Assembly: GCF_006345805.1 (NCBI RefSeq)
Contig: NC_042998.1
Location: forward strand, 82,088,001-82,152,000
Origin: Octopus sinensis
Taxonomy: Eukaryota
Reading direction: 5' to 3'
DNA: 64,000 nucleotides
Positions 38,316 through 51,993 of this stretch are shown here, piece after piece. The notes under the pieces are model-generated. The model saw only the letters and a program-made list of their open reading frames with translations. It ran no database searches and was not told the origin of the DNA. Both the position numbers and the translations under genes were made by a program. Numbering within the stretch: position 1 is the first letter of the stretch; each line of letters starts with the position of its first letter.

Positions 38316-38830
38316 CGACGTCTGATTGTTTCAGGGAAATTTCTACTGCTTCACCTGCTGCACCTAGAATCTTGCATATACTAGCGGCTTGTTACCTACA
38401 GACTACGATACCACGTATTTGTTCACTCCAACTACCTAATACATTTCTGATGATTCTGGCGTTGCCAAGGAGATAAAGGTTTCCAACTGCTCTACCGGGC
38501 ACTCTATTCCCATTTACTTTATATTCCTCTTATTATCTTTTGATACCGTACCCAAGGGCTCAACAATAATTGGCACCATCTTTACGTGCTTCGTCTTCCA
38601 CAGTCGGGCTATGACACATGTAAGAAGATTGTACAGGTCACTTGCTCGCCTTCCTGTTTAACTTTCTGTGGTTCAAATGGGGACGCAACATCAATTAGAG
38701 AGCACATGTGGTTTCCTTTGCCCACCGCTGCTAGGTCCGATTTGTAATTCTTACGTTCCTGGTCTCCAACCCGTTCACTATGGTTTGCGATCTTAGCATG
38801 TCTTACCTCTCTCTTTCTTGGTAATGTATT
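38316..38830 (-). mobile_element. Decayed 3' REL-endonuclease fragment of a further R4/Dong family with a degenerate TAA tail
   Basis: Minus strand with frameshifts reads NRPDLAAVGK ... CSLIDVASPFE ... IARLWKTKHVKMVPIIVEPLGTVSK ... RIIRNVLG. Tail aataatgtaaataataa. Confidence 0.7.
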
Positions 38831-39039
38831 CTTTTCATTTCAAGCGGAAGTAACTCCGTGTAAACAGAAAAGAATATAATAATTTATGATGATTAAACGT
38901 TTACCAATGCTAATATTGCTATTCGTTGAATAACTTTGCAGGCGAGTCTACAAAACAAATCCAGCTGCATATGTGCTTCACCCTACAGTTTTGTGAATCC
39001 CTAATTTTGAACAAAATCGTTCTTGATTTTCTACACCCA

Positions 39040-39566
39040 AAGCCCAATATACCCATCATGACTACCCGTCTGATAAGGGTACACCAGGCACATGTATCAC
39101 AACTGTATGTGCACAACATAGTGATCTCATAACAATATGTGCGCAACATGGTGATCTCATATCAAGATAAACAGCACATGACCTTGCAGGTGGGACCCAG
39201 TTAGAATTTTCGTCTTGTCGAGTAACCCATCCCGCTCAAAAGGTCCCTGCATAAGGGTTTTTTAAGGATGTTGAACGAACCACCCATGTTTCCAGAGGTG
39301 ACTTATTCAAACCCCAAAGACTTCCTCTCAAAACATGGCTATGATGATACCCCGCTACTTCTGCTCAGGATCAGAGATGCACATATCGTCAGCCACTAAA
39401 GGACATACTCAACTGGTTAAGGTCAAACAACTGACAAGCAAATATGTGGTATTGAGCAGAATATTTGCTGTAGCCCATCTTTTATACCAAGACAAAACAA
39501 TGTTCATGATAACACTTCCAATCAGTTAAGATCAGGAGCCATGAGAGCCACTGCCTGGTACTACAT
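39040..39566 (-). mobile_element. Second copy of the ~555-bp AAT-associated repeat, lacking its 3' end
   Basis: Reverse complement of 21354-21860. It abuts (ATT)n at 39568-39650 and carries an internal ~30-bp tandem duplication at ~39105-39165. Confidence 0.8.
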
Positions 39567-39567
39567 C

Positions 39568-39613
<46 letters not shown>

Positions 39614-39825
39614 CATTATTATTATCATTATTATTATTATTATTATTATTATTGTTGTTGTTGTTGTTGTTGTTATCATCATCATCATCACAAAGGCGAG
39701 GAGCTGACGGAATCGTTAGCATGCCGGGTGAAATACTGAGGGTAATTTCATCCGTCTTCATGTTCTCTCTCCTTGTCTCTCTCTTTCTCTCTTCAGAGAG
39801 ATAGTGGAGATAGAGAGAAAGAAAG

Positions 39826-40194
39826 AATGGCACTCCGTCGGGTACGACGACGAGGGTTCCAGTTGATCCGATCAACGGAACAGCCTGCTCGTGATATTAA
39901 CATGCAAGGGGCTGAGCACTCAACAGATGCATGTACCCTTAACGTGGTTCTCAGTGGAGATTCAGCGTGACACAGAGTGTGACAAAACCCTTTGAAATAC
40001 AGGTACAACAGAAATAGTGAGAGGAAGTTGTGGTGAAAGCATACAGCAGGGTTCGCCACCACTCCCTGCCGGAGACTCGTGGAGGTTTAGGAAGTTTTCG
40101 CTCAATAACCACTCGAAACGCCCGGTCTGAGAATCGAAACCTCGATCCTATGACCATGAGACCGCTGCCCTAACCACTGGGCCATTGCGCTTCC
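39826..40194 (-). mobile_element. SINE family C
   Basis: Matches 33693-34086 along its length. Confidence 0.9.
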
Positions 40195-42604
40195 GCACAC
40201 CCAGATATATATAAAATTTAAATCCATTCACAAACACGGACGTATATATTCAGGAAGTCTTCGTCGTTGAGTTTACATGTGATATACTCATTTCTTTGTT
40301 TTATTGCTCAACAGCTGTTTTCTAAATGATACGTTGCAACACTCAAACCACGTTTACACAGATCTTATGCCTCTACTTTATTCATTGTTGTAACATAGAT
40401 TTTGGCAGTGTTGCTAGTGACGTAGACTTTTCCTTTAGTTCTTTTCAAGTTTTCAATCTGATGTCTCAAATGTGGGTACTACCTCTGGCACAGCAAAAAC
40501 ATTGTTGAATATGAGTTTCTTGAATGCGGAGAACTCCAAGCCTTCCTATATCTGCTAGAATATACCTTCGTTAATTCAGTTTTACTTGCAGGCATAAACG
40601 TATACAACATCCCTGTCGTTTCCGACATATTTGGAACATACATCATTGTTGATACGAGAGATAAACATACCGCTGATATACATTTTTATTCCTTCGTCGA
40701 CCAACTTAATTCTGTTAAGTACGAAATAGGAACTATCACTCTAATCAGATACGTGCGTACGTATGATTGTATGTCATTATTCAGTTTGTTTCAGGTTTTC
40801 TTGCCAATATAGAAAGAACCCATTTCTAACCTAGATCCAAGTCTCCTTCACTGGAATTTCAACATCAACAACAGGCTATTTTTGTTTGTATGTATGCATG
40901 CATGTATGTATTTGTGTATGTATGTATGTGCAGATTTGTAAGTTTTATATATGTATTCTCGAGCCTTTATTTGCATCTCTAGGCATGCTCATATATATTT
41001 AAATGATAAACTTCTAGACACCTTTACAGATTTGTATAGTTCCAGTGAGGGACAGGATCTGTAGTATTCGAATCAGCTTTCTCTCTTGTTTTTGTATGTA
41101 TGTATGTACGTATGTATGTGTGCATATACGTATGCATGTGTTTGTATGTATGAGAGAGATGAAAAGAATGTTCTTCCGTTGTTTGGCTCACATTATGTTG
41201 ATTACCACATATACTAAGCCTTCATTTGAATCCCCAACCTTCTGCACCGGACGAAAAGAAATAGACGCGAATATATTCTGAATCATATACACATCCCAGG
41301 AGGTAGAGTACATATGCGTTCGATGTGTGCACGTGCTTTTGTGTGTGCCTGCAGGCATTTCTTTATATGAGTATATTTGAATTCATACTATCCGCTTATA
41401 AATTTCACATTGATATCGGCCATACTTCTAAATTCTAATTAACAATTGAACACTATCAGGGAACAGCATCACAAATTAATCAAAATGGATTGCACCTTGA
41501 CAGGTCCAAAATAACATATAAATCGTTCCTAATAATTTTGGCTTAATATCTTACACACTAACAGAGTGCATGTATATGCTTTATTCAAATGCCGTAAGAT
41601 GATTCGCTCCGTACGGACTGCAGGTTACCGTAAGCTCGCATTTAATTTCTCGTGGCGGACAGCTATCCATTCAGCGGTTTTATTGGCCACTCCCGCTGCT
41701 AAAACATTTAAATAGTTACAGGAATATTGATATACACTGGCAGGTTAAAGAATGTAAGTTTACCAGAAGCTAGCAATAACGTTATTAGAAGTTAAACCTG
41801 TATTGTCATTGTTTTATGGCCTACAGCACTAATTAATTTCTAATTAATTGTAGAGAACTCTTGAGAAATAACTTACCTCGATTTATAAATTAAAATGGAC
41901 TACAGTATGTTAATGTAAGTAATTATATATAAATACATATACATGCATACCGTACCATAAAATATACGAATATGCACACACACACACACTCACACATGTG
42001 CATGCATGCGTGTTTGTGTACTTACATACGATATCTATCTATATATATATATATGTGTGTGTGTGTTGGTATGCCTGTATGTACGTACGTACGTACGTAT
42101 GTAAAAGACTGCGTGTACATGTATTTACATGTTTCAGAATAGTAATTGTCTACTACGTGACGTGAGTTGAAACTGAAGTAATATACATTGTGGAAGAGAT
42201 ATCTAATAGCACAGAACATTTAACTTCGCTTTTAATTTAAGTCTATTTTATGTATTGTCACAATACTCGTCATACATCTGTAACCCGATCACAACCGATA
42301 CAATTTCACAGCTCCGCCCACATCTGAGCGACGAGAAGTGATTTAGATTAACACCTAAAATTAATTCATCAATTTTTTGCGATACTAAATGATGAAATGA
42401 CACTTTAAGGGTCTTATAACCCGATATTTATTTCTTATGCCTCGAAAAGATGCACTGTTCAAAGAAGTAATTATGTATATATGTCTTCGGTAAAGCATAA
42501 GTCCCAAAAAAGTGGTACATTCTAAGCTATAGAGGAATATATAATATAAATAAAGTTAAACAAGGTTGGTTTATGGGATTCCCTTGGGTGTCACCTCCAT
42601 AAAG

Positions 42605-42830
42605 CGATTAGCTTTACGGCGTAGTATGCTGGCAGATTCGGTAGCACTCCGGGCGAAATACTCGGTGGTATTTCCTCTGCGCTTAGGTTCTGAGTTAAAA
42701 TTCCGCCGAGGTCGACTTTGCCTTTCATCCTTTCGGGATCGATTAAATAAATACCAGTTGAACACTGGGCTCGATGTAATCGACTGAATCCTTTTGTTTT
42801 CCCCTATCTGTGTAGCCCCCTGTGGGCATA
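42605..42830 (+). mobile_element. Family A SINE
   Basis: ctggcagattcggtagcactccgggcgaaat ... gaggtcgactttgcctttcatcc. Confidence 0.8.
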
Positions 42831-42989
42831 TATATATATATATTATATATATATATATAGTGTGTGTGTGTGTGTACATATATACGTATATATTTGTATG
42901 TACATATATAACATATATATGTATGTATATATAGATATGTGTGTATGTGTACACACACACACACATATATATATATATAGTCCATCCAA

Positions 42990-43160
42990 ACAAGAAAGCA
43001 CGAAAAAACACAACAACGCGAGGACGTGGAACAAATATAGTATTATTGGACGCTCAGGAAAGAAGGAGGGTTTAACGTATCGACCGGAGCTCTTCGTCGG
43101 AAATATAGGAGACGGAAAGATCCAGAGAAGGGAAGACAGAGGAAAAGAAATCGCCAACGA
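42990..43160 (-). other. Penelope-type pseudo-LTR fragment with a damaged hammerhead motif
   Basis: Minus strand ttt-CCGACGA-AGAGC-tccg-GTC-GATACGT-T-aaa, followed by ttcctgagcg as in the 54470 and 55855 copies. Confidence 0.5.
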
Positions 43161-43879
43161 TGTATGTATATATATACATATATACATACATACCTAAATC
43201 AAGGATTCTGTTAATTCTGTTAAAGAGGTGTCAGCATCCCTAGTTCTCCGATCATATCCAGCGTATCTGTAAAAAACCAAACATGTTAGCGTATGGATAT
43301 GTGTATATTAAATTTCATTATTTTTTATGTATGAGTAAAAGAAGACGGAGAAACTGACATATAGCCATCACTTTATTATTAGAACTATACCTTTCTGAAC
43401 AATATCAAACTCAGTTTCATCTACAATTGTTTCTATGCCTAATTAAATCAATGTGAGAAATTAAATTAGATTAAATTAAATTCGTATATTGAATATCGAT
43501 AATTGGATATTTCATCAAAGGATGAATTTGATAAACAGGAGCTATATTCTGATGTGTTCCTTGACCCATGATAGACTCAGATATGTGCATTTTAGCACCC
43601 AATGTATTTCGAAAACCGTTACTTATGTACATGTAAACTAAATGATACCCACCACCAAACAGTCGCGTTGAAACCTTTGAGTATAAACTGTGGAAAATTA
43701 TTAAAGATATTAAATTGAAGAAATATCTCCACAGAGGAAATGAGCATTTGAGGAAGCTTAAATCTATCGTATCAGAACTTAAAAGTAAAAATGGTATAAT
43801 CGTACTCCCATGAAATATTAAAAATATAAATTACATAAAGTTACAAAATAACTTAAAAAGCTATATTAAGAACTACGAA

Positions 43880-44570
43880 CTTACTATCCAAACAGATAAT
43901 GTAGAATTACATATTGGATGACAGAACTGAACCTTTTGTTCCTAAAAGACCTAGGTTTATCTTAAAGGACCACGAGAACAACTTTCATGGAAACCGTGAA
44001 GTAAGATTGATTTGCCCAGGAAATTCGGACATAGGTAAATTAAGTAAGGCTATTTTAGATAAGTACATACCGGTCTTTAAGGAAAACATGAAGTAACAAC
44101 TTTGGTCTAATACCCACGAAGTAATACAAAAGTAGAAATAAATTTATACAAATAGATATTCATAGTTATTACTCTTCGATTAACCAAATAGTTTTGAACA
44201 AGCCCATTTTGTTTGTGAAAGACAAATCGAATCTAAATATGTAAGAAATTACCATCATTTTGACTGCCAGAAGAACAACTATAGAGTTTGAAAACTAGTA
44301 TTGGATTAAGAAAGATAGGTGTGAAGGCTTTGATATTGCGACGGGCTCCACAGGTTCTTCCCAAGTTGCTGATTTAGATGGTATTTATATTTTATTTATC
44401 TTAGGAAGTGATTTTCTTGAATTTGCTGGAGGTTTATATAGAAATGATGCTCTTTTTACTATTAGAAACGTACCCAGTAGAAAATTAGAACTGTACAAGA
44501 AGAAAGTCTATCATAAGTAATAGTTTAAATTAGGAATGGTGTTTTTTGGTTTCTAGTTTAAAGTAATCGT
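43880..44570 (+). pseudogene. Decayed Penelope-like element reverse transcriptase
   Basis: LKDHENNFHGNREVRLICPGNSDIGKLSKAILDK, FIQIDIHSYYSSI, WIKKD..GFDIATGS and GLYRNDAL (YRDD region). Confidence 0.8.
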
Positions 44571-44579
44571 ATCGGAATA

Positions 44580-44813
44580 TCTATTTCTTTATTACCCACA
44601 AGGGGCTAAACACAGAGGGGACAAACACGGACAGACAAAGGGATTAAGTCGACTACATCGACTCCAGTGCGTGACTGGTACTTAATTTATCGACCCCGAA
44701 AGGATGACAGGCAAAGTCGACCTCGGCGGAATTTGAACTCGGAACGTAATGACAGACGAAATACGGCTACGAATTTCGCCCGACGTGCTAACGTTTCTGC
44801 CAGCTCGCCGCCT
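44580..44813 (-). mobile_element. Well-preserved family A SINE with the Tx1-like tail
   Basis: Complete head-to-tail copy inserted between the PLE RT and the right IR arm. Confidence 0.9.
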
Positions 44814-45228
44814 ATATCGGAATATCGTTTAAGCTAACTAACGCATATTATGTTTTTGTTTTTTCAACACATTACACACGCACGTGTACAAATATATTAA
44901 AAAATGTTGCATTTACGTATACATATGTAACGGTTTTTTAAATACATTGACTGCTGAAATGCACATATCTGAGTCTATCAAGGGTCAAACAGCACATCTA
45001 TCAAACTCTTCCCTTGATGAAACACCCAATTAACAATATTCGATATGGAAATTTAATTTAATTTAATTTCTCAAATTGATTTAACTGGGCATGGAGACGA
45101 TTGTTGAGGAAATTGTGTTTGATATTATCAAGAATTGTATTATCTTCTAATACATGGATGTCTATATGTCACGCTCTCCGTTTTTTTCATACGTAAAAAT
45201 AATATATATTTATGTGTGTGTGTATCTA

Positions 45229-45289
<61 letters not shown>

Positions 45290-45919
45290 CAATGAATATG
45301 TTTGTATACATTTATACATATCTACATACATACAACGAGAGAGAGAGGATAATATATTCTAGTGAGGTAAATATATCACCTTTTGTCTTGTATAAACTTC
45401 GTACATGACGTGCTCGTGACAAGCTGAATAATTTGTGACATCAGAGACACTCAATACAGGAATGTTTCAAATATTGATAACGCAGAAGTTTTTGTTCTTA
45501 TTGAATTTCAAATTCTAAATATTTTATTAAAAAATTTTATGTTTATTATCTTTTTGAAAGGTAAGAGTTAACATCACAATGATATTACGGAAGATATTAT
45601 TGCCACGGATATAAATGTGTGGATAACAATGACGATAACACTGAATAGTATCTGGTCAGCAAGTGCATATGTGTATATAAATATATATTTTCCGAATTGG
45701 TGCGAATGTGTATAGAATAATATATCAGTTGAATGAAGTTAAAACATGGATGGTTTTCACGCTTTTTATGATAATATTTTATCATTAACAATATCTTGTA
45801 ATGTTCATAAAGTTCAGTTAGCGCTTTCAAACGTTTGATCCTAATCATCGGCTTTGAAACGTTGATATTCCGTAATTTGTTTATATTCATATGTTAAGGA
45901 TATTTTTCAATCGACATCG

Positions 45920-47650
45920 TTAACCGGTTGTTATATTATTGCTGTTATTTCCGTTCAGAACAGGTTTGAACATTTTAATCAACCGTTTTTCTGTTATCTT
46001 TCTTCTAACCTCGCTTGTGTCATGTAGTTTGTGGAATGGAAAAATTAGAAACATTTTCTGACCACATGCTTTCTCAATGGACTTTGGCGAAAGGTGGTGT
46101 CCCGGATTTGTTGTCTGTGGACTCATGAGCGTTAAAGGATTCCCTGTCTCGCCTATATACATCCATGCAATCCGGGCATTTAATGCAGTAGACCGAATTT
46201 CTGCTTTTGCTCTTCATATCCGCATTTGTGAAAATATGTCCGTTTTGTGTTCTAATGGATCTACCCGTATGTATGCATTGATACGTTTCACATCTGTTAT
46301 CCTTACAATTGGATACTGTGAATGTTTTATCCTGTTTGTTCATGCTGAATTTTGCCTTTGTAAATAGTTTCTTTAGGTTATGCGGTTGCCTGTTGCTTAA
46401 GATAAGTGTTTGACTAGTTGTTATGCTTCTTAATCTTTCACTTTGTTTTATGATTGGCAAATTTGTTTTGATAATATTTAAAATATTTTTGTAGTGCCGA
46501 TTGTGTGTTACTAGAAATGGTACTGTGTTCCCTTGATGGGTTCTTCTTTTTCGTTTTGTCCTAAGTCGTTTTATAGGAATCTCTTTTGCTCACTATATGA
46601 TATTTTTTATATGTAAGGGAGGGTATTTTTGCTTGAGCAGAAAGTCTTTGAGTTCTATGAGTTGTACAGAGGTTGGACAAAATAATAGAAACACCTAGCA
46701 TCATAACATCATAATTTTTTAAAATATATAAAAACCGTCAAAAGCTTGTTTATTTTTATGTTTTTGATTTATTACTGGTGTTGCTTAATATGTTTTGCTA
46801 AAATTGCTGTTTCTTTTCAGATATCATCAGAAAAAGGTAATTAAAATTCATTAAAATCACAGATCTATCGGACATACAAAGAGATCAAATTGTTGGTGCT
46901 CATATGGAAGGCGCTGGCGCAATGAAAACAGCAGAAATATTTGGTGTATCAAGAAGTACTGTCTCGAAAGTAATGACAGCCTTTGGGAAAGAAGGAAGAA
47001 CCTCATCAAAGCAAAACTCCGGAAGAAACTAAAACTTTCAGATAAGGACCATCGGATACTTACGCGAATTGTTAGAAAGGATCACAAAAGTATAAATATC
47101 CTCCACCATCATCACTACAAGAACTGGAGACTGTTTTAGCTGAAGAAGGGACAAAACTTCCTTTGGAAACAATTCAAACTTTGTACGAGTCTATATCTCG
47201 TAGAGTTAAAGCTGTAATTACTTCCATAGGTGGTCCTACCCCATATTATAATATATTTGCTTGAAAGTTTAAGGTGTTTCTATTATTTTTTACAACTCCT
47301 GTATATTCCTGATATTTGGATACTATGGTACAAATTTTCCTGATTAGACAGTACGGGATGTTGCGTTTCGTGTGTGTTGAGTGGCATGATTTGAAATATA
47401 GGTAGTGGTATGTATCTGTGCTTTTGTAAAAAATATCAGTTGTGATTTCGGTGTTGATTTTAATTACCATTATGTCAAGAAGTGGTAATTGTGGGTTGCT
47501 CATTTCTCTCGTGAATTTCAGACTAGCGGGCAGATTGTTGAGGAGGGTGCCGAATTCTTTCAGCTTTTTTAGGGATTTGGTCCAAATTAGGAAACAACTA
47601 CCGAAGTATCTTTTCCATGTGTCCTCTATATGTGTTTTAGAAGTCATACC
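45920..47650 (-). mobile_element. Penelope-like (Neptune-type) element fragment: RT C-terminus, Cys-rich linker and GIY-YIG endonuclease, split by a Tc1 insertion
   Basis: LNNLPASLKFT..LPLLDI..TDIFYKSTD..HTKRNIP (47246-47647); LIELKDFLLKQKYPP after the insertion; CKDNRC, VYCIKCPDC and YIGET..FKPVLN (45920-46460). Confidence 0.88.
46667..47301 (+). mobile_element. Internally deleted Tc1-like element (635 bp) with ~30-bp TIRs and TA duplication
   Basis: cagaggttggacaaaataatagaaacacct versus reverse complement caggagttgtaaaaaataatagaaacacct. TA at 46665-46666 and 47302-47303. It encodes TDLSDIQRDQIVGA..GVSRSTVSKVM fused to LQELETVLAEE..GGPTPY. Confidence 0.9.
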
Positions 47651-47715
47651 GTAGTTCTCTTCATTTTTTTAACATAGGTTTTGTTTCAGGTATCCCAATA
47701 CATACATATATATAA

Positions 47716-47762
<47 letters not shown>

Positions 47763-47771
47763 ATAATATAT

Positions 47772-47837
<66 letters not shown>

Positions 47838-48646
47838 TATACACGCATATTTACATATATGCACATGTATGACTATATATGTCTCTATACCCACGCTGAA
47901 TATTGTTACCAAGCCCTTAAAAGAGGTGGTTATGATGAAACAATAGTATAAAGTCATACTATAATGACCCTAAACTTACAGTGGTCTTGAGTACTAATTG
48001 TTGCATACAAGTGGCAGCAATAACTAGAATATATCCACTAAATAACACACTTCTAGAAATAATCATACCATTCACACACATAAGAACTGCTATAATCTTC
48101 GATTTAATAATAGGAATGATGGATGAGTAACTCTTGATGAACCGCAGAGCACTGAGCCTTCCACAAACACACGAAAATCCGCGCAATTACAAATAACAAC
48201 AACGTGAGGAAACGCCAAACATGTTAGTACAACCCACCCTACGATAAAAACAAACCTGCCATTCCTAAAACCTTTGATAGTATATTAGATGAACACTCTC
48301 TTAGACACCACAGTATAGTTAAGAGAAAAGCCTTCAAAATCATATTCTACAACTCTAAACTGAGAAGCAAGAACTGCAGCACCCAATACTTATACATTAA
48401 ATGCGCTAAATCTTTTACCCTTATCTGTGAGGCAACGCAAGAGAGCTAAAACCGAAGTGATCCAATCCAAGGGTGACCTGAATAATATGCGAACGCCTAC
48501 ATACGAGCTAAACACCAACGTCAAAATCATCAACAAATTCCCTCCAAAAACACATGACAACCAAACTATCACATTACAACCATTGTATTGTGCGAAAGTG
48601 CATTTATATGCATGTAAGCAACTTTCAGAAAGCCTATATAGACACA

Positions 48647-48697
<51 letters not shown>

Positions 48698-49706
48698 ATG
48701 TATGTATATATTTAAACATTACAGAAATAGAGAAAGAGAATGAGAGCTTTAGTAAGTGAGAGCGAGAGATAGAACGGGGGAGAGAGGGGAGATAGAGAAA
48801 GAGAGAGACAGGTGGGGGAGAGGGGAGAGAAAGAGAGAGAAAAGTGTGAAAAATTTAAAGCCGGCTACTCTAATAAGATAGTAAACGACGATGATTGCAA
48901 CGAGTCAGGCATAATCTTAAATTGAGAAAGAAGTAGGATGTATTATTGTGAAAAGCCTAAAAGACGAGACAACAACCAGTTTTAGAGAATGAGAACCGGG
49001 ATGAAGGCAAGATACAATCTCGGACAATGACAAGTGTGAAAGAAAAGAATATAAATAGTAAGAGCATTGAGACAGACACGCCTTGCGTTTGACGCATTGA
49101 AGAAAAAATAGAGAAACGTGCAGAAAACAGATAATAAACATGATAAGAATTATTGGTAAAGAAAATGGAGAGAAAAATAGTAAAGAAAACTGATTCATAG
49201 AGTTGGTTATTTGTGTTATGTTAATCTACATTTCACGAATTTCAATGATGCTGCGTATCTTCTTCAAGATTTTGTTGAGTTGACTGGGTTTCTTATTTGA
49301 ATCATGTATCTGCAATAGACAAATCTGCAGCATGATATACTTTATATACCGGTGTTCTCTCATTCGTATACAACTTGTATCTAATTCTGCTTGAGTTCCC
49401 AGTGTCACTACGGTTATGTTACGCAAGTGAAAGATATGATCTTTCAGTTTATGGTTACACCCATATTTATAGGTTGATTTAAACAATGATGATACAACTT
49501 ATATAAATACTATCTATTCCTAAAGTCAGCAATGCAACCATTATTATTCAAGTCGTAGGAAAATGAATAGATTTAAACAAACCTTGTCTATGAATACTGT
49601 CCTTTCTGAATTTGCAATACATACTACATCTGATATGATTACAGTAAATTCTATTTTTGGCATGCGGTTAACTCCTAATATACTAATGAACGTAGTGTTT
49701 TACTTA

Positions 49707-49815
<109 letters not shown>

Positions 49816-50454
49816 TATATATACTTGTCCACAATCACGCTGGGTGCGGGGAAGAAAAAATGGTAATTCATTGAGGGAGACGTAGTGAGAGTAATAGCGC
49901 TCACTGAGGGGGAGCGAGAAAAAGTAATAGCAAAGAGAGAAAGGAAGGAGTGAAAAGAATCAGTGTTTCAAATCTGTGTGTGTACATGTGCTTATGTGTG
50001 TGCGTGCACAAGGGAAGTATATGAATGTTTGTATGTGTCATTTGGCCTCGTGATTGGCACGAACTGATTAGATTTTGAGATCAATCGCGTACAGGACAAG
50101 GATTGTGGATTATTTTTCCGTTTTAATTTTTGTACTTAATTTTTGAGGGCGGTTGGTTTCATTTTTAGTATTCTCGTTTGCGAGAGCAGTCGAGTTTATT
50201 TCAGATATTCACATTTTAAAATTCCTTTTCGGCTAATCGTTGAGAGGACGTTGGTGTTGAAAGCGGAGGCTTGCACTCTCCGAGTGCTCTTGTTTATACA
50301 TAAAATACTATTAGCCGTCTGCTAGTTTAGTCATAAGACTGAACGGTTGACTTCATTTAAGTTAGTTAAGTCAGTGGATCGGTTGATTAGAGATACTTTG
50401 GCATAAGCACAACGCGTGTGTGGAATCATATGCACGAATATTATATTTGTACTC

Positions 50455-50990
50455 AATAAAGCAGCGAATTGGCAGAACCGTTAGTACCTCGAACAAAATG
50501 CTTAGCGGCATTTCGTCAGTCTTCACGAGCAGATTTCAATTTCCACCGAGGTCGACTCTGCCTTTCAGCATCTCGTTTTCGATAAAAAGTTTAACAATGG
50601 CGTCGATGTAATCGTCTTACATCCACCCCCGAAGTTGCTGGCTTTGTGCCAAATTTTGAAATCAATATTTGTATTTAATAGTATGAGAAGTTTAAGCGTA
50701 GTATTCGGTATGGAGAACGGAATAAGAACCATCTAATATACTTTGAATAATGGGCTCGAATTTGTGATAATAATCTTTTGTACTCTAGGTACATGGCCCG
50801 AAATTTTGAGGGAGGGGACCAATCGATTAGATCGATCCCAGTACGCAACTGGTAATTAATTTATCGATCCCGAAAGGATGAAAGGCAAAGTCGGCCTCGG
50901 CGAAATTTGAACTCAGAACGTAAAGACAGATGAAATACCGCTAAGCATTTCGCCCGGCGTGCTAATGTTTCTGCCAGCTTGCCGCCTTTG
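50455..50990. mobile_element. Tail-to-tail pair of family A SINEs (50455-50670 plus, 50778-50990 minus)
   Basis: Diagnostic blocks in opposite orientation about 110 bp apart. Confidence 0.8.
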
Positions 50991-51911
50991 TTTGTGAAAA
51001 TAATGAACGTAAACCACAGTCACAAAAGGAACATATTTGTAAGAGACCAGCTGAATACCTGGGACCTTGTTTTAGCCCTGTGCCAGTGCTCTGTATCATG
51101 CACTCTATATGATGCACATTCTGAGTTATTTAAACCACTAAAGTAACTTGGGGCTTATAAAAAGAACGCACTATATTACTTAGAACGTATGAAACAAAAG
51201 GCTGACTGAAAGTCTGAAAGCAAAAATGGACGTTTAGGATAAATATATGAAAACGCTTTGGTCAGATAACGGGTTAAGGGCAAACAGTAAAGTGGTGCAA
51301 TAAGTTAATCAAATTGAGATGTTTAATCACTGAGAGTAATAATCATTTCAAAAAGTCGAAACTGTTGTGATTTTGTGCATATATGAATGAAACAATCGTG
51401 AAGGTAGGACCCGCAAATTAAAATGAAAAGAGAAAATATTTTATAGACATAGTATATCGCGCAACAAGCTACTGCCTCAAAATATTCAATGTGTTTGTAG
51501 ATGATTCATCATAGGCATTGGAAAAGCAAACAAATGTATATTACTACGTCATCATGGAGGCGGTTCGATTTACGCATCAATGTGAATGAAACAGTGTAAC
51601 TTTCGAGTAAAAACAAGTACGTGTGTGTGTGTTTGTGCATTTCTATTTTGAGTTTGTCTTTACGTAACTATGTGTGTATTGTGTGTGAAGTAGAGAGAGA
51701 GGAGGAGAAAGCGAGAGACATACAAAAAGGGTGGTGGTGAGAGACTGATTTACAGCTTTAAGCTGATTTCCATCTCACTGAAAGCTTCATAGGCGTAAAA
51801 TTCATCCGATCGTTGGACATAAACTCAGCAATGACGCGACCGAACGATCAGATAAAATTTTGAGATTGTGAGATCTCTGAACCAAGCATTTCTGCCAGTA
51901 TTCCTCACACG

Positions 51912-51993
<82 letters not shown>

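Larger units (their letters stand above)
43377..45152. repeat. Diverged inverted repeat pair (~250 bp arms: 43377-43640 and 44910-45152) flanking a Penelope-like RT relic
   Basis: tgatagactcagatatgtgcattt (~43560) versus aaatgcacatatctgagtctatca (~44957). The match extends over both arms at roughly 75-80% by eye. Confidence 0.85.

Noticed and set aside
39482-39875. Poly-Asn, poly-Leu and poly-Ile ORFs
   Set aside because: These are translations of an (ATT)n/(GTT)n/(ATC)n compound microsatellite.
40330-40790. Possible LINE endonuclease relic on the minus strand (LRIQETH)
   Set aside because: A single short motif is insufficient support.
47990-49500. Possible further Penelope GIY-YIG relics (47990-48460 plus; 49226-49486 minus, RMREHR)
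   Set aside because: Only isolated motif-like words were seen and no continuous alignment could be made by eye. A profile search would be needed.
50040-50420. CpG-richer segment with an ATTGG box as a promoter or LINE 5' UTR
   Set aside because: No downstream ORF, TSS evidence or repeat partner is visible. The similar 41590-41700 segment was rejected for the same reason.
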